The translations under genes and the position numbers were made by a program. Below, in pieces: positions 37,457 to 51,340 of a DNA stretch of 64,000 nucleotides (within the stretch, counting starts at the first letter, position 1; each line of letters opens with the position of its first letter). The notes beneath the pieces are model-generated. The model was not told where the DNA came from. It saw only the letters and a program-made list of their open reading frames with translations, and made no database searches. The DNA is from Amphiscolops sp. MND2022 (Eukaryota): contig OZ076409.1 in assembly GCA_964187785.1 (NCBI GenBank), forward strand, positions 18,230,001-18,294,000. Reading direction: 5' to 3'.

Positions 37457-40400
37457 TCAAACATCTATGACCATCTTTTTGTGCACATCCAAGGAGCCAA
37501 CGACCTGAAACAAATGCACTGGAAGTAAAAAAATTCGGATATTAGATGTTGATCCCCCCTACCCCCACAGTAAGCGCGGAAAATTTTTATTCCCTCCCAA
37601 TATGACAGGCGAGTTCCAGTTGCCGTAAGAGCTATAAAATACTGCAATTTGATTGGTTGTTACTTATAATTCATAGATAATTTCACTTGACCACTTAAGT
37701 AGGAGGGGGTTGTTAAATTGGCGAAGAGAGGAGTTCATTAAGAAAAAGAATCCATTTATTTTTTCCTCTGATCGTTGTTTGTGCGGGCGCGTTTTTTTCT
37801 CAACTTCTAAGTTCGGCATGAAAATTTTTTGAGATTCTCGTTTTCGCATTTAGTTTAAACGTTTTGTTGGCCTTCGTGAAATCGAATTTTTGTCTATTTT
37901 TTATCGAAAACTGTCCTCCTTAGTCGAGATTGCTTGAACTTTGTACATGCTGCATGGAACTATGCAGGCTATTTTTTTTTACAAAACATGGAAAATTCCG
38001 GAAGCCTGCATGGAAACATTTTGTAGGATTACAATGCAGCTTCCACTATTTCAATTAAAACTGAAAACATTTCCACTTGTTCACCACCGCAATCACTTTG
38101 TTTTCACGCGTAAGTTTCTCAAGTAAGTGCCTTATGTAATCACCGTTAGTCAAATAGCACGCTGAATATGACGCTACTTTGAAACTTATAATGTGACTGA
38201 AATTTATTTGCATTTAAAGCGCGGTAAAAATGATGACGGTCTCAGCTGCTTTCAAAATTAGAACGGCGTCCTAATGAAACCTGCAAAACTTTGCGGCGCA
38301 AAATTGCCGCCAAATTTACGATGCATTTTATAGGCAGCTTGATAAAATTAAATGGAATCAGTGAAGTTTTGTTGCATGGACGTTTCTTTGAGAATTTTAT
38401 AAAATCATGGAAAATTAGGTTGGTAACCTACAAAAACATGTAAAAAGTTCCAACCAGGGTTAGCTTAATTGGTACGGCCAATAAGTCGATTTCAAAAAAC
38501 TTTTTTGCTGGTGACAGTGACTTTTCATTAGACGTACATTAAACGAATTAAACAAGGTTGTAAACAATTTAACCCTAAATGGACCATGGTACGATTTGGT
38601 ACCAGTTGAATTCTGCAAACTTCTAAACGCACCAGCTGACCGTATGGTGAAGAAATCGTTTCTGGCCCTTTTATCTCACTGGTATCAAGATTGGGTCAAA
38701 ATGAAACATGCTGAAATGCAATCAGAGACACGAGGCGTGCAAAGTTTTGGCGCAAAGCCCGGAGCCCAGTACTTCAAAAATCAAATTGAAAGCCCTGATT
38801 GTCTTCTTTCGAACGCGCTATGAATTGTTTGTCGGATTTGAATAGTTTAGGAGATATTGCGGTTTAAAGTTTAAACACCAGATTTTTGAATGGATCCGTA
38901 AATGTCCTGGTCCATTTAGGGTTAATAGATATTTGGATTATAAATAAGTTGATAAACTGCTGAAACCATTTTCAAAATAGTTACATTTGGAAGTTTTCTT
39001 CAAATAGTTCAGAATAACCTTCTTTCATTTTACAAAAACAATCACTACCATAACTTCCGGTACTAATGCAGTATTGGAGGACGCAGTGACTACTAACGGC
39101 GCAGAACTCTTCGAAGTTGATTTTTCCGTCTCCGTCCTTGTCTGCGAAGAAGATGGTCTTATCCACGATTTGCTGCAGCTGAGTGTCTGTGAGGTTAGTG
39201 CCCACCATCATCTTCAACACTTGGAACAATTCCCCATTCGAGATGAAGCCATCTTTGTCCATGTCGTAGATCTTGAAGGCAACTGAACAAAATAAGATAT
39301 CAACTCATTTCACTCACGCGCGTGAACAAACGCCTCATACAAACCTTCGATTGTGCGAGCCCTCCTCTTTTTTGAAATAGAATGTAGCAGATTATTGTAG
39401 TTGTTTTTTAAATTTATAAACATATACATTTATGAAGCTTTTATGAGAGCTTTTAAAAGTGGTTGAAAATTGTCAGTGACTTAAATCCGTTATTTTTTCT
39501 ATCAGGTGAGTTTAGTCAATTGATGTTATCTTTTTGAGGAGAGAAAAGAAGTTAGTCTGATATCGAGTCTTTAGTTAGCGCATTTGATATACCCAAATAT
39601 AAAATACAACCAATTTTAACGGCGAATGAGTCTCGCTAATTTTCTTGAAGGTTCCATTAAAATATGAAACGAGTTAACGTGTTCAGTGATCCGTCAGTTA
39701 GGACAATTTGTGCGCTCATCTCCCACTAAAACAAATTAAATACTTCTGTACTGTCGCTCACATACAAATGACAAACTTCATTCACATATGACGTTGACTC
39801 GTATCTACTCCAAGTCATCTTGTCTTTAGAGATTGATTCGATAGATTTCAACCACTTGTTTGCTTGTCTGTTTTCAACCAAGTTTGGTTTAAGTAAAATG
39901 AAGTTATATGTAGAAGGCAGTAATCCCAGCTTCCGGTACCAGGTCTCGTAATAGTATGCATTGTCAGTTTGCTGGTTCCGCTGTAGAGGAGATGTGTTTT
40001 TTATTTGTTTCAATTGTTCCATCCAAAATTCGTCAAGAAAAATTCAAAACTGTTAACAATCCAAGGTATTCGAAATAGCTGGAACGCTGACGTTCGTTCT
40101 CTGATTAAAATAGCCCTCAGAAAGGGTCTTCGAGCCTGTTTAATTCAAAGTAAACTTGAGTTGAAAATTGCATTTCTAATTTTAATTGTACTCCAATTTT
40201 CTACAGATTTTCTGTTTCCATTTGGTTTCTTTGGAGCAAACTTCTCCACACTTTTCATGAACGCGTATGCCAGATTAAATATATCTCAAGTAATCCGGAT
40301 GTTTTCACTTTTTGCAGCTTGTTGATCGAGAAGAAGCAAAAAATTACCGTTATGTCTACATTACCATTGATATTTCTTGTATCTTGCAAAAGCTCCTGAA

Positions 40401-43400
40401 GTCCTTCATTTTCAGTGCTTCTAAATGGAAGCTTTGCTAACACAGTGTTGGTCACTAGGTTGAATATGATAACTGGTTGTTACTTGGTTTGTCAATATGG
40501 GCACACCGACACTTTATTAGTAGGCCCTTTTCTTTAGAAAAGAGCGACTAGTCATGGTTTTTTGTCAGTTTTCGATACAACTCAACTAGCCGAAATAGTT
40601 CTACAAAAAGCTCTTCAAATTTGACAATGCCAGTCGCTGTAAAAGTAGCAGAAGACCAAAAAGTCCTTTACAATTTTTTCGGCATTATGCGATTTTTTTC
40701 AGATGTTTTTTTCAAACCTAAACTCCTTTCCTCAAGTTCCTGCAGAAACAAAGCGTTATGCGAGCAGAGATGGCCATGTTTAATATTTTTGGTACAATGC
40801 GACTGACAGAAGTAAAAAATGTTTCTCAAACAATTTCGAAAATGTCTTAATTTATGGTTCGTTTGAGGTTTTTATGGAGCAAACAGGTTTCCCAAGTTTT
40901 GCGGTTGACCTCTTTGTGACTTTTTGATCCTGTGGAACTGATGAGTTTTCTTAATGATTGTGTAGAAGACCTAGTTTAGGCATTTTCGGCTCTGTGCGTC
41001 TTTTTTCCGAAACTTTCATCTGGTCAAAGTGTAGTACCTTCGCTGTCATACCTCTCTCAGCACCATGAGGTTTTTCCGCAAACAAAATTCGAAAAGAAAA
41101 CAATTTTCGGAAACTGGATTTTTTGTTTCCAGTTGGGGAAAAAGTGGTTTCCCAGACTTCTGCGTATCCCTTGGGGGTATTTTTCGGCACTGAGAAACTT
41201 GAGGCAACTATTTTTGGTTTGATTTGAAAACTATCTACGTCCATTAGCAACTCATTGAATATGATGTTTGACAATAACTGGTTCTTGTTTGTTTCTCAAT
41301 CAAGTTAATGTCTTGTCTAGTGGTCAGCGGTTAACAGTGTTTCAACACCTTCCAATGGTTCACTTTTGTCATGCTGCAAGGGGTTCATTTGCTCCAACAT
41401 TGACGAATTTGTAACGGGGGAATATTTTGGGGGAGGCCTTTTCATAGCAGGTGCGTGAATTTCTTTAGGAAGGATTTTTTGATTGGGTGGGCGTACCATT
41501 GTTTTGGTTTTGTCAATTCGTTCAAGTCTTCAATATTCATGATTGACTGAGTCTTTACATTACCTTCAACTTCTTTTGTTAGTACTTACGGTTGACTTGA
41601 TGATATCGTAATCCTGCTACTTTTAGAGGAAGTTTTTTTCAGCATCATGATTTCGAAATTGTCTGAAGATATATCTCAGGAACTCTAGGCCTTTTCAAGC
41701 ATGCACTTGTTCAATATTTCCCAAGTTATCTTTTCTCTACTTACATTTGAGTTTCGAAGTCTTGTCTCCTTTCACACTGAACTGCGACATACCGTCTATG
41801 AACTCTGAAACACTTCAGAATGAAGTTGTTTTCAAACAGACAAACAATAGAAAGTGATCTTGAATTTTAAAAATTATCGAAGCATACATTCTTTGGAAAT
41901 CCATAAAACGTCCATTCATGATGCATAATTATCCATGAATCAACTCTTTAAAACAAAAGGTTTATTTTGCACTATTAACACCAATGTATCATGTCATTGC
42001 TGAGCGTGAACAGCATCGCCACGAATTCATTCCCTAAACAAAAATTTCCATAGAAGGAAATTGACTAAGATGATTTTATTCGTAATAAATGAACTTATCG
42101 TACTAATATAAGAAAAATCCTCATCAATATCAGTGTTGTAGCGATGGCAATTGGAAGAAAATGGCGTCGTTGAAAAATTACTTAGAATTATTTTTTTGCC
42201 ATTTCAATAAGATGAAAAAACAATTATATATTTCTTTTGGTTATTTCAAAACATATGATTCATGGCTCGCAATGCCATGGTCCTTATCATGAAAATCTAT
42301 GCAACGTTCACTGTCCATGGATAAAAATCCATGGAATAATTTGAAAAACCACAGGGAAGTTGTCGAAATGGAACTTCAAACGCTGAAAAATCACGCGGTT
42401 CCACGGTGCATAAACCAATTGGTGTACTTAGTATCTACACTATGGTATCAAAAAGCTACGTACACCAACTTTTTTTTAAAAAAAACTCAGAACAGAGTTT
42501 TTGAAACAACTGCTGAAACAAATCATAAATCAAAATCCCGTCAAATTTCCATGGTTTTTGATTACCTTCACCAGGCGATTCCCATACGATAAGTACAAGT
42601 TGCGAACAACTTCAGGGTTTATGTTGTTCCACGCTTCCATAACCTTTTCTTCTAAATTCTCCCAGCTAACAATCTGACCTCGCAAGATTTTTTTTTAAAT
42701 GGCTCAAAGATTTTCAAAAGGATTCAGGTCAGGACTGTAAGCTGGCCAATCCAGCACCTCCCGTTGCTTTCGGGCTAGAAAATTGCGAACAACTTCACTT
42801 TTGTGTACTGGGGCGTTGTCTTGCTGGAACACCAATTCCTGTATGATCAAATGTCGATCGTATTGCTTTAAAGTCTCCAATTATCCGTAACTGTTAAGTG
42901 TTGCTGGACATTTAAGTAGCATTTTCCTGCCATCTGATCTGATGCCCCCTCAAACATCATAGATCTTCTGCCTGTGCTTAGTTCTTGGGTGTTTTTGGGG
43001 CAAAAGCGACGACCAGTTTTCTTGAACACGCGCACAACGCCGTCACTATTCAAGCGCACACGAGTTTCGTCTGAAAATACGACGTTTTCCCAGAAGCCTA
43101 GTTTCCATCCAACCAAAACTCAGAACGAAAATGCAAAATTTCGAGTGAAAAAAAACAACATTCTTCAAGTTTACAGTATCACCCAAATCTGGGCAGCGAA
43201 AATGCATCTAACGTAGTGCAGAGGGTCCCCCCTCTCATTTCTCCTTTTTTAACGTAACATACGAAACCGATTGTGACTAAAAGGCCCCCTTTCAAATTTT
43301 GTGATATTTTGGTGTTTCGAAGTTTTTTGTCTTTTCATAAAAGTCCCTAGCAGATTTTCTAAACTTTGCGCTTTTTGAGCCTTAGGTTAGCGCCGACGTT

Positions 43401-46400
43401 CGATTTTCCCGTTTTGTATCATTGGGAGCGCCATCAAAAGCTCTATCAGTTCACTATGAAAGTGATTGGTTTGATGAAACTTTTTATTTCGTTTTGGTTT
43501 TTCCGGCAATTTGAGATTTTTTTCAATTATTTTTTTTCAAAAAATTCCAAATCTTTTTCTCATTTTCGGTGGAAAATTGAAGCTGGATAAAAACCAAGGG
43601 GCTTTTTCACCATACTCGAGCACCAACGTTTTCTGATCAGTCTTTGTGTTTTGTTCAAGTTGATCTTTTTTGCGGCTTTTCTAGAAACAATTCCGTACTT
43701 CTTCAGGATTCTTCGAATTGTACGTCTTGTTGTTGACGTTGAAAAAGATTTGCAGTACTCTTACTCGTTCTAATGTTGTTTTTGGGTCTTTTCCACTCTT
43801 CAAAATATTAGTCTTCGCTCTTTTTTGCTGAGCTTTTCTGGCCGGCCTGGAGGTTTTTTCGCCACATAAGAGTTCGTTCTCAAAAACGCTGATAAGCTGT
43901 TTGAGCTGTCGATCGAGATTTAAGGCCCAACTTTTCTTTAATTTCTTTGATAAACCCCTTTCGCGAAGTGTAACGATTTTGCAAACAACGTATGAATCCA
44001 ATGGTTTGACCATTTTCAACAATGTTTAAATCAAGAGTGATTGATTTCACTTCCGGTTGAGAATGAAAATGAAAAGTTCTTCACAAACTGAATAAGATTT
44101 GATTTTCAGCTGTACGTCGCTTTTTGCTTCCATAGTGTAAAATCTACAGAGAAACTTCGCAAAAATCAATTATAGTCTTAGAGGAGATTGTAAAATTGAC
44201 AAAACACAAATTTCTCATTCAATTTCAGCTGAAACTTGAGGACAGTTTTTCAGTTTGACTGTAAAATAAGGCAATATTGTGGTTGGTAAACTGAAAATTG
44301 CAAATTTGCAAATATAATCTTTCTAAGAATTATAAGCTTCCGCTCTCAACGCATTCAATTTGCAAATTCAGTATTTCAGAGAAATGAAGATGGCAATATG
44401 CAATTATGTCTTTTGCGAATTTTTGACCAATTATGGAAATTTCCCATATAGTTTCTGTGTTTGCATGGAAATCCATTTTTTGGTTCAAATGCAATGAACA
44501 TTCCTTAGACATTTTCGGCTGTTACTCTTTCGAAATTCAATTCGCGAAAAAGTCTTTGCGCTTACATAGCGATTGTCTTCCCGAATTGGCCCCTGTACGG
44601 TTACACTCATGAAGTAAACACTCGAAGTTTTCCCCGAAGTTTCAACGAAGTTGCGAACGTTATTGTAAAAATTAAGATATAATCACTGTTAACTGTTGTA
44701 AAAGTTCCCGTTCGTAACAAGATTCAAAATAACTCATTTTGTGAACAATGAACGTTATGATTAGGGCATTCCTTGAGACGGTGATGAAATACAGGGATAA
44801 AAGATATCCCTCGAGTTTTCATATATTTGCTTTGTTGTTTTGACATGCTGTAGAATTATAATATAGTAATTATAATTAATATTATTATAACCATCGTATC
44901 ATGTTCTAACCGATGATGGTCGATTATTTCACCGCTTTGAACTTTTAGAACTAAAAAAATTTTAAAAATCAGTAGTTTGCATCATCAATTTCTTCATCAT
45001 CGCTTTATCTTTCTGACCATTGAGAAAAACAGTTTTCAGAAAAAATATAGAAAATGCCTCGTAATTGCAATTTCCAGTATATGAAAAACAGCTACCAATT
45101 TTCCTCAAAAACTGTCCATACTATTTTAAATAAAATTTAGCTTAGCCATTCTACACCCAAAGGTATTCCTGTGTGCAAAGATGGCATCAAAATCGTATGA
45201 CTCGGATCTGAGAAACATCTGATCTGAGACCAAATTAAGTTCAAAAATGAACAAATTACAGTAAAGTAGGTTATTTGTTTTTCAATAATTTAATCCGTTT
45301 CCGACTCCTTTACAGCACTTGCGGGCGGCTCTAGTTTCAGAATCTTGCTCTCTCAAAAATCTAGAACGCACTTCCAGTGAAAAATAATCGGAGTAATTAT
45401 TTCGTGACTTGAAAATTTGGGCTACTTCAAAGATGTACAGTGAACTCCTTACCGAGATTATTACTGAAAACGAGGATGAACTTGAAGCTAATGGAAGTTC
45501 TAATTAATTTTCAAGTGCAATTGCGCTCGCTGCGAATTATATTGAGTGATTATAATAATATAAATCTATAATATTATTCATTCTCTCAAACTTTTCAGAT
45601 TGCTGCATTTTTAGCATGTTAAGTTTTTTAGGGGCATGATTTGAAGATGAAAGCAGTGTTGTACAAATTAACCAATCATTTAAATGATCATTTAAATGAT
45701 CATATAAATATTAATATATATAAGCCCAATTCATTTAAATGAAAATCATTTAAATGATTAATATAAATAAAAGGTTTTCATTTAAATGATTTTTAACCTT
45801 TACCTCGACAAAACAAATTCCGGTGAAAAACAAAATAGTAATTTGAGTCGAAACAAAATCAAATTGAATTGCTTTGCAAGCGAGCAGCAAATCAAACTGT
45901 AACTACCAATCATTTCAATTTCCATTTAACCCTAACTGGACCAGGCAATTTCCGGATCCATCCAAAAATCTGGTGTTTAAACTTTGAACCACAATATCCA
46001 CAGGTTAAGCTGTTTATAGGGTTACCATTTAAATGAGTCATATAAATATTGTTTATATGATTTCCATATTTTCAATCGTATTTTGACAGTTTATATGTAC
46101 AACACTGGATGAAAGCATCCCTTGAATTGTAGTCAAACTGTCAAGGTGTACATCAGCCACACTGTCTTTTCGGTGTCCTCCGGATTCGATCGATTCGCTA
46201 TCGACAGGATGCCAAAAAGATGAACACACTCAATTTCGCTGACAAAAAAATCAAATCGCAATAAATTTTCACTTTTCCAATAACACAGAAGTCCTAGGTG
46301 AAAAACTTTCGCAAATTTCGATCAGAATTACATGGGTATTTTTTGATTTAAAATCTAACCAAAATTCCAGAAGTTATAACACTTGGCAATATCTCGGAAA

Positions 46401-47620
46401 CCGCTTTCAGTAACTAATCATGCTAGAAATGCGTTTTGCTCTTGAGACATTTTTGTAGAACCAATGTTTTAAAAGATATTGCGCCTTGAAAATTTTCGGC
46501 AGCGAAATCTTAAATCAAAAGTGTAATTGAAAATGCCAGTTGTTGTTGGCAAGTAATATCATTGCAACGGTCACTTGTTTGGTTTAAAAAAAACGAAAAA
46601 AAAACATGAAAAATTGTCTAAAATTCATAAATTGCAAAATTAAATGGTGTGTACGGAAAATTCTTTTCTTACAAATAAAGTCGGACTTTTGCTACGAAAA
46701 TATTTTGTTTGAAAAGTTTGCAAACTTTTCAAAATATTTTCGTAGCAAAAGTCCGACTTTATCCGCATGCGCTCCATCTTAATGCACGGGAAGGTGACTA
46801 TTCAAATCGTAGAATATTCAAACCGTCGAAAAAATCAAAGCTATTCAAAGCGTCGAAAGAATTCCATAGCAGCGATTATTTTCAGGTTATAATTTGAAGA
46901 GGTTAGCATATTTGTTGTATGGCTCGGTCGCTTCGCTCCTTTCGCCAAGTAGCAACATTGAGGCATGGCCATATGGCACGTCGCTTCGCTCCTGCATTTA
47001 TGGCACTAGGAGTATGTGGACATAGCTGACGTTATCGTAATTAGTTCGTCGCTTGTGCTGTATTCATTTTACTGAATTTGATTGGTTCATTGAATGAAAG
47101 TTTGGCCACGTGACTATGACGCGCAGTATTTACTGCGTGTAAACTGCTTTCGACGCTTTGAATATTCTACGATTTGAACTGTCCCCGCACGGGAAGTAGT
47201 GAAAACTACATTGGACGACTCTTAAGTAACAACGTCTATTAATTGGTTGAATAACAATCAATTCTACTTGCAATTTCGTCACGCAGCAGTGTTGCAGAGT
47301 TTCAAAAAAGTATTCGTCAGGAAAACTATATTTATGGCAATCAAGTCTTCCTATTATTTATCAAATTGGATTTTTGTGTTTCATTGAATGTTCTAGTTAC
47401 TATTCTAGTTGTGATATAGTTGTACGTGCATGCATGTTGGTACCTTTGAAATCGATTTCTCCACTCTCGTCACTGTCAAATATGTCGAGGACTCTCTGCA
47501 CTAGGGGATTCTGTCTCAGCTCCGGGAGAGACATGAACTCCTCCAGACTCAAGGTGCCAGAATTGTCCAGATCTAGTTTCTGGAAGCGTTTTCCCAGTCG
47601 CTTGATCTCCTCAGCGTCGA
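37457..47620 (-). CDS. PPP3R1: Calcineurin subunit B, last four coding exons: 47620-47444, 41804-41745, 39282-39098, 37504-37457
   Basis: Spliced translation [21 protein letters not shown]...[44 protein letters not shown]...[21 protein letters not shown]; four EF hands; all introns GT-AG and in phase; N-terminal exons not found in the window. Confidence 0.97.
37918..38459. mobile_element. CCC...GGG MITE copy in a calcineurin B intron
   Basis: Closely matches 21417-21965. Confidence 0.85.
38573..38921. mobile_element. piggyBac-type MITE (partial relative near 45930-46000)
   Basis: TTAA|CCCTAAATGGACCA ... TGGTCCATTTAGGG|TTAA. Confidence 0.85.
42438..44137 (-). mobile_element. Decayed Tc1-family DNA transposon
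   Basis: TA|CACTATGG...CCATAGTG|TA TIRs; fragmented transposase with [17 protein letters not shown] and [13 protein letters not shown]. Confidence 0.88.
46675..46762. repeat. Short hairpin with ~33-bp inverted arms
   Basis: ATAAAGTCGGACTTTTGCTACGAAAATATTTTG and its reverse complement. Confidence 0.75.
46793..47186. mobile_element. MITE with 9-bp TSD GCACGGGAA (Mutator-like)
   Basis: TSD at 46784-46792 and 47187-47195; TIR core TTCAAATCGTAGAATATTCAAA. Confidence 0.8.
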
Positions 47621-47992
47621 CTGTAAAAAATTGGATGAAGAGTGTTATAAAAAAATTCAAATGTTGATCAAGTTTGACAGTTTACTTGCTTTATAGACCA
47701 AAGAGGTTTGATAAATACCATAAATAATTTTTTGCCAGCAAGCCTTTACAACGGAACTCAATCAACTCACAGACTATACATATAAATGCATTAAAAACAT
47801 GATTTGAATTCAACTTTTATTTAATCGAAAACAAAGTTTTCGGAATTTTTCCAGGGCCGGTGGTTTATTGTTCACTTCTCGTACTTTTCTGCTGATACTG
47901 GATATCTAGCAACAGAATACTGATGTATCTCTAAAACCAATCAACTAACTTCGAGAGGAAGAGTGAACAAATCAAACTTAGGTTTGTGACTG

Positions 47993-48426
47993 CCCTAGTT
48001 GAGACTGCTGGAACTTTTTACATGCTGCAGGCCTGTATGCAGGGTAATTTTTTATAACACCTAGAAAATTCAGTAAGGTTCCGGTGGTAAATCTTGTAGA
48101 ATTACACTGCATTTTCTACTACTGCAATTGAATTTTAAAATAGTTCCCACTTCTTTTACAGACACGATCACGTTGTATTCACACATTGATTTCTCAAATA
48201 CTCATCTGATTAAATCACCGCGTCTCAAATTGGACGCTGAAGATGACGCTAGTTTGCTGTTTACATTGTGAATGAATTTAATTTGCATTAAAATGGCGGC
48301 AAAACTTTTGAGGTCTCAGCTGCATTTAAAATTAGAACTGATGCATATTGAAACTTGTAGAACTTCACGGCTTGAAACTGCCACCAAAACTTTGATGATT
48401 CTTTAAAGCAGCTTGATAAAAGTTGG
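47993..48426. mobile_element. CCC...GGG MITE split by element 2 (continues at 63917-64000)
   Basis: Joined halves match the reverse complement of 22964-23500. Confidence 0.8.
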
Positions 48427-48819
48427 TGTCACAGCCCCACTTGAGCTGTGAGTATTGCAGCAGAGTCAACCCAGTCTTCGAAGAATAAATTAGGAAATGG
48501 AAGAAGGAGAAATTAAAACAGAAAACCAGAAAACAATCAGTCCAATCCATATAACCTGAAACAATGGCGATAAATAATATGTACAACATAATTGATTAAA
48601 AAAATATATGTTTACATATNNNNNNNNNNNNNNNNNNNNNNNNNNNNNNNNNNNNNNNNNNNNNNNNNNNNNNNNNNNNNNNNNNNNNNNNNNNNNNNNN
48701 NNNNNNNNNNNNNNNNNNNNNNNNNNNNNNNNNNNNNNNNNNNNNNNNNNNNNNNNNNNNNNNNNNNNNNNNNNNNNNNNNNNNNNNNNNNNNNNNNNNN
48801 NNNNNNNNNNNNNNNNNNN

Positions 48820-48868
<49 letters not shown>

Positions 48869-50227
48869 CCGCGGCCTGGGATGCGGCCTGAGAATGATTA
48901 TGCACCAAGTTGATTATAAAAGCAGTAAACGCTGATGTTATTACGTATTTTTGTTCAGGAATAAACATGGAGCTTATTAATTGTGTTCATGAAAGATGTT
49001 GTCGGTTAAATTTTACATATAATGATTTTTTGCATGTAAATAGTGATTGATTATTAAACAAGCCTGGACCTCAGCCTGGGCCCAAGATTTAGTTGTACAC
49101 CTTAATAACATGTATTTCCTATTCCCCGAACCCGTTGCTGTTGAATTATGTTGACCATCGCCCAAGATGGTGCTTTTCATAAATATTCGTCACCAGAATT
49201 TATTCTTTACCTCCTGAAGTAAATTTGTCCGTCCCGGACTGTGGCCTGGGACTAATGCCTCACAGTTCTCAGTCAAATCAGCCTTGTAAACTTCGCATGA
49301 ACTGTCCTATCTACTCATTTACTTTCCTGTGCGCGATTTTGTTAGTCTAAAGCTAGAACGATGCTATCTTTATCAATCTAAGGAATATTTTTGTAAAATA
49401 TTGACTGTCATTCTTTTTCCAAATTCTCATATTCAATTTGCAGTACTCTTGATGATTCACCGCTCTCAATTTCGCCAAGTTCAGCTTCGGCGTCTTGAAA
49501 GAGAGGGAAATTGGAGGCGAAGGGAAGCGGAGTCGCAACTCAGACAGGAAGTGGACGCGTGCTTTCTTCGGAAAGCATGAACAAGCTGAAGGTCTGAGTT
49601 CGACAAAGCGGAACTGAACTTCCGGTTTCCCCGCTTGGGATGGACGCCGGGCTGAACGGCATGTGAAATATTGTTGTGTTTTCCCCGCTCTTCGGAGAGT
49701 GAAAGGTATATATATGCTGAAATTTGGGAGCCATTAGTAGTTGAAATTTTGTTTCGTTGCGAATTAATAACTTGCTAATTAAACGACAGTTAACATTTTT
49801 CAATCTGCATTTTCTTTGTTCATCAATCAGTTTGAATTATTTCTTAAGAAATTTGAGATCAATCCAAACAGCATGCCTGAGCGAAGTTCTGAGAGGAAAG
49901 CCAGAAGTGAATCAATCACAAGTTCAGTAGATGAGCCAGAGAGTTCGAGCATGAGGACGGGCAATGTCCCCAGCATTTCCGACAAAGATTTTGCTGACTT
50001 GACACAAAAAATTGAAAAGTCGGTGAATAAGCGGATTAAGGACACAGAAACCGGACAACGAGAATTACTGAAATTGATAGAAAATTTGTCTTCTAAAATA
50101 ATTTCGTTGACTGACAAAACGTCTTGCGATTTGAATCAAGGATTGAATGGAGTAAACTCTGAAAACGTAATACTAGAGAATAGACTCATAGAATTAAACG
50201 AATTCCATCAAGATGTCAGTCAACACA
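48427..50227 (+). repeat. 5' LTR of element 2 (contains assembly gap 48620-48819 and a (TA)n run)
   Basis: Both sides of the gap match 61975-63916. Confidence 0.93.
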
Positions 50228-51340
50228 TTGTGACAGGAGTATCTCCCCAACCAGAAAAACCGCCCCGGTCATCAAGCTTGCCGCCCCCCAACCAGAAATA
50301 CCCGGACCACATAGTAGACAAATTACTCGAATCGCTCCAGAATGTCACCCAACAGAACATCGGACTTCCCCGACTACCGAAGGCATTGTCAACAACTATG
50401 CCCACCATCAACGGACGAAATGACAAATTCGAGCATTTCGAAGACCTCTTCACGACAAGCCTCAAGGTATACCCTAACATCTCTGAGGAAGAACAAATCC
50501 TATACTTCCACTCCCTACTCAGGGATGAAGCACCCCAAACATATCTTAATATGACCGACACAAATCGTGCCAGCTTAGAGGACATCATTGCCACATCCCG
50601 ACGCAGATATGTACGCCCCCAATCCATCTCAACAGCCAGATGCAATGGGAGCAACTCCACTTTGATCCCTCACGACAAACATTCCAAGACTTTTTGGATT
50701 AATATCAAAAATTGGCGCAAGAGGCATACGGAGAAGACGCCCCAAAATTCATAGAAACATCTTTCTATGCCAAAATGCCGATCCACTTAAAACGAGTTCT
50801 CAACCAAGCAAGGTTAGAAACAGAATCTTACGATTTAATGGTCCAACAGTTGGAGAGGAAAATGGAATTAAACGGACTGTTGGCCCCCAACAAAACCAAC
50901 ATAACAGGTATACACCAAATCGAAGTACAAGAAACACAACAAGCCCCAAACCCTCCCAAACCGACAGGCCCATGCTACGGATGCGGACAAGCTGGCCACG
51001 TCGTCAAAAATTGTCGAAAAGTAGCCCGCGAAGCCCGCAATAGAGGCAACAGAGTACCTAACAAAATCGTCGACCCATGCGAAACATGTGGCAAGAAGAG
51101 CCACTCAACGCAGGATTGCTATTCAGGCACAAACTGGCGAACCGACCACAATGGTGGAAAACCCCAAAAACTACGCCTCCGAACAACATCCCGATAACCC
51201 CACAACAAGGTCAGTACATAAAAGAAAACTCACAATTAACCCAACCCCAATATCAAAACCAGACAACCGGCCAAATGGGCTACCTAGCCCCACCCCAATT
51301 GACAGCTCAATCTCACGAACAAACCCAGCCAAAAAACTAG
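49873..51340 (+). pseudogene. gag: gag of element 2, frameshifted; starts inside the LTR
   Basis: ORF pieces 49816-50754, 50712-51197, 51077-51340; NGRNDKFEHFEDLF; CYGCGQAGHVVKNC and CETCGKKSHSTQDC. Confidence 0.9.
50228..50239 (+). promoter_or_regulatory. Primer-binding site of element 2 (TGG mutated to TTG)
   Basis: TTGTGACAGGAG directly after the LTR end. Confidence 0.8.

Noticed and set aside
48592..48968. ORFs spanning the N gap and (TA)n run
   Set aside because: Artefacts of the assembly gap and microsatellite
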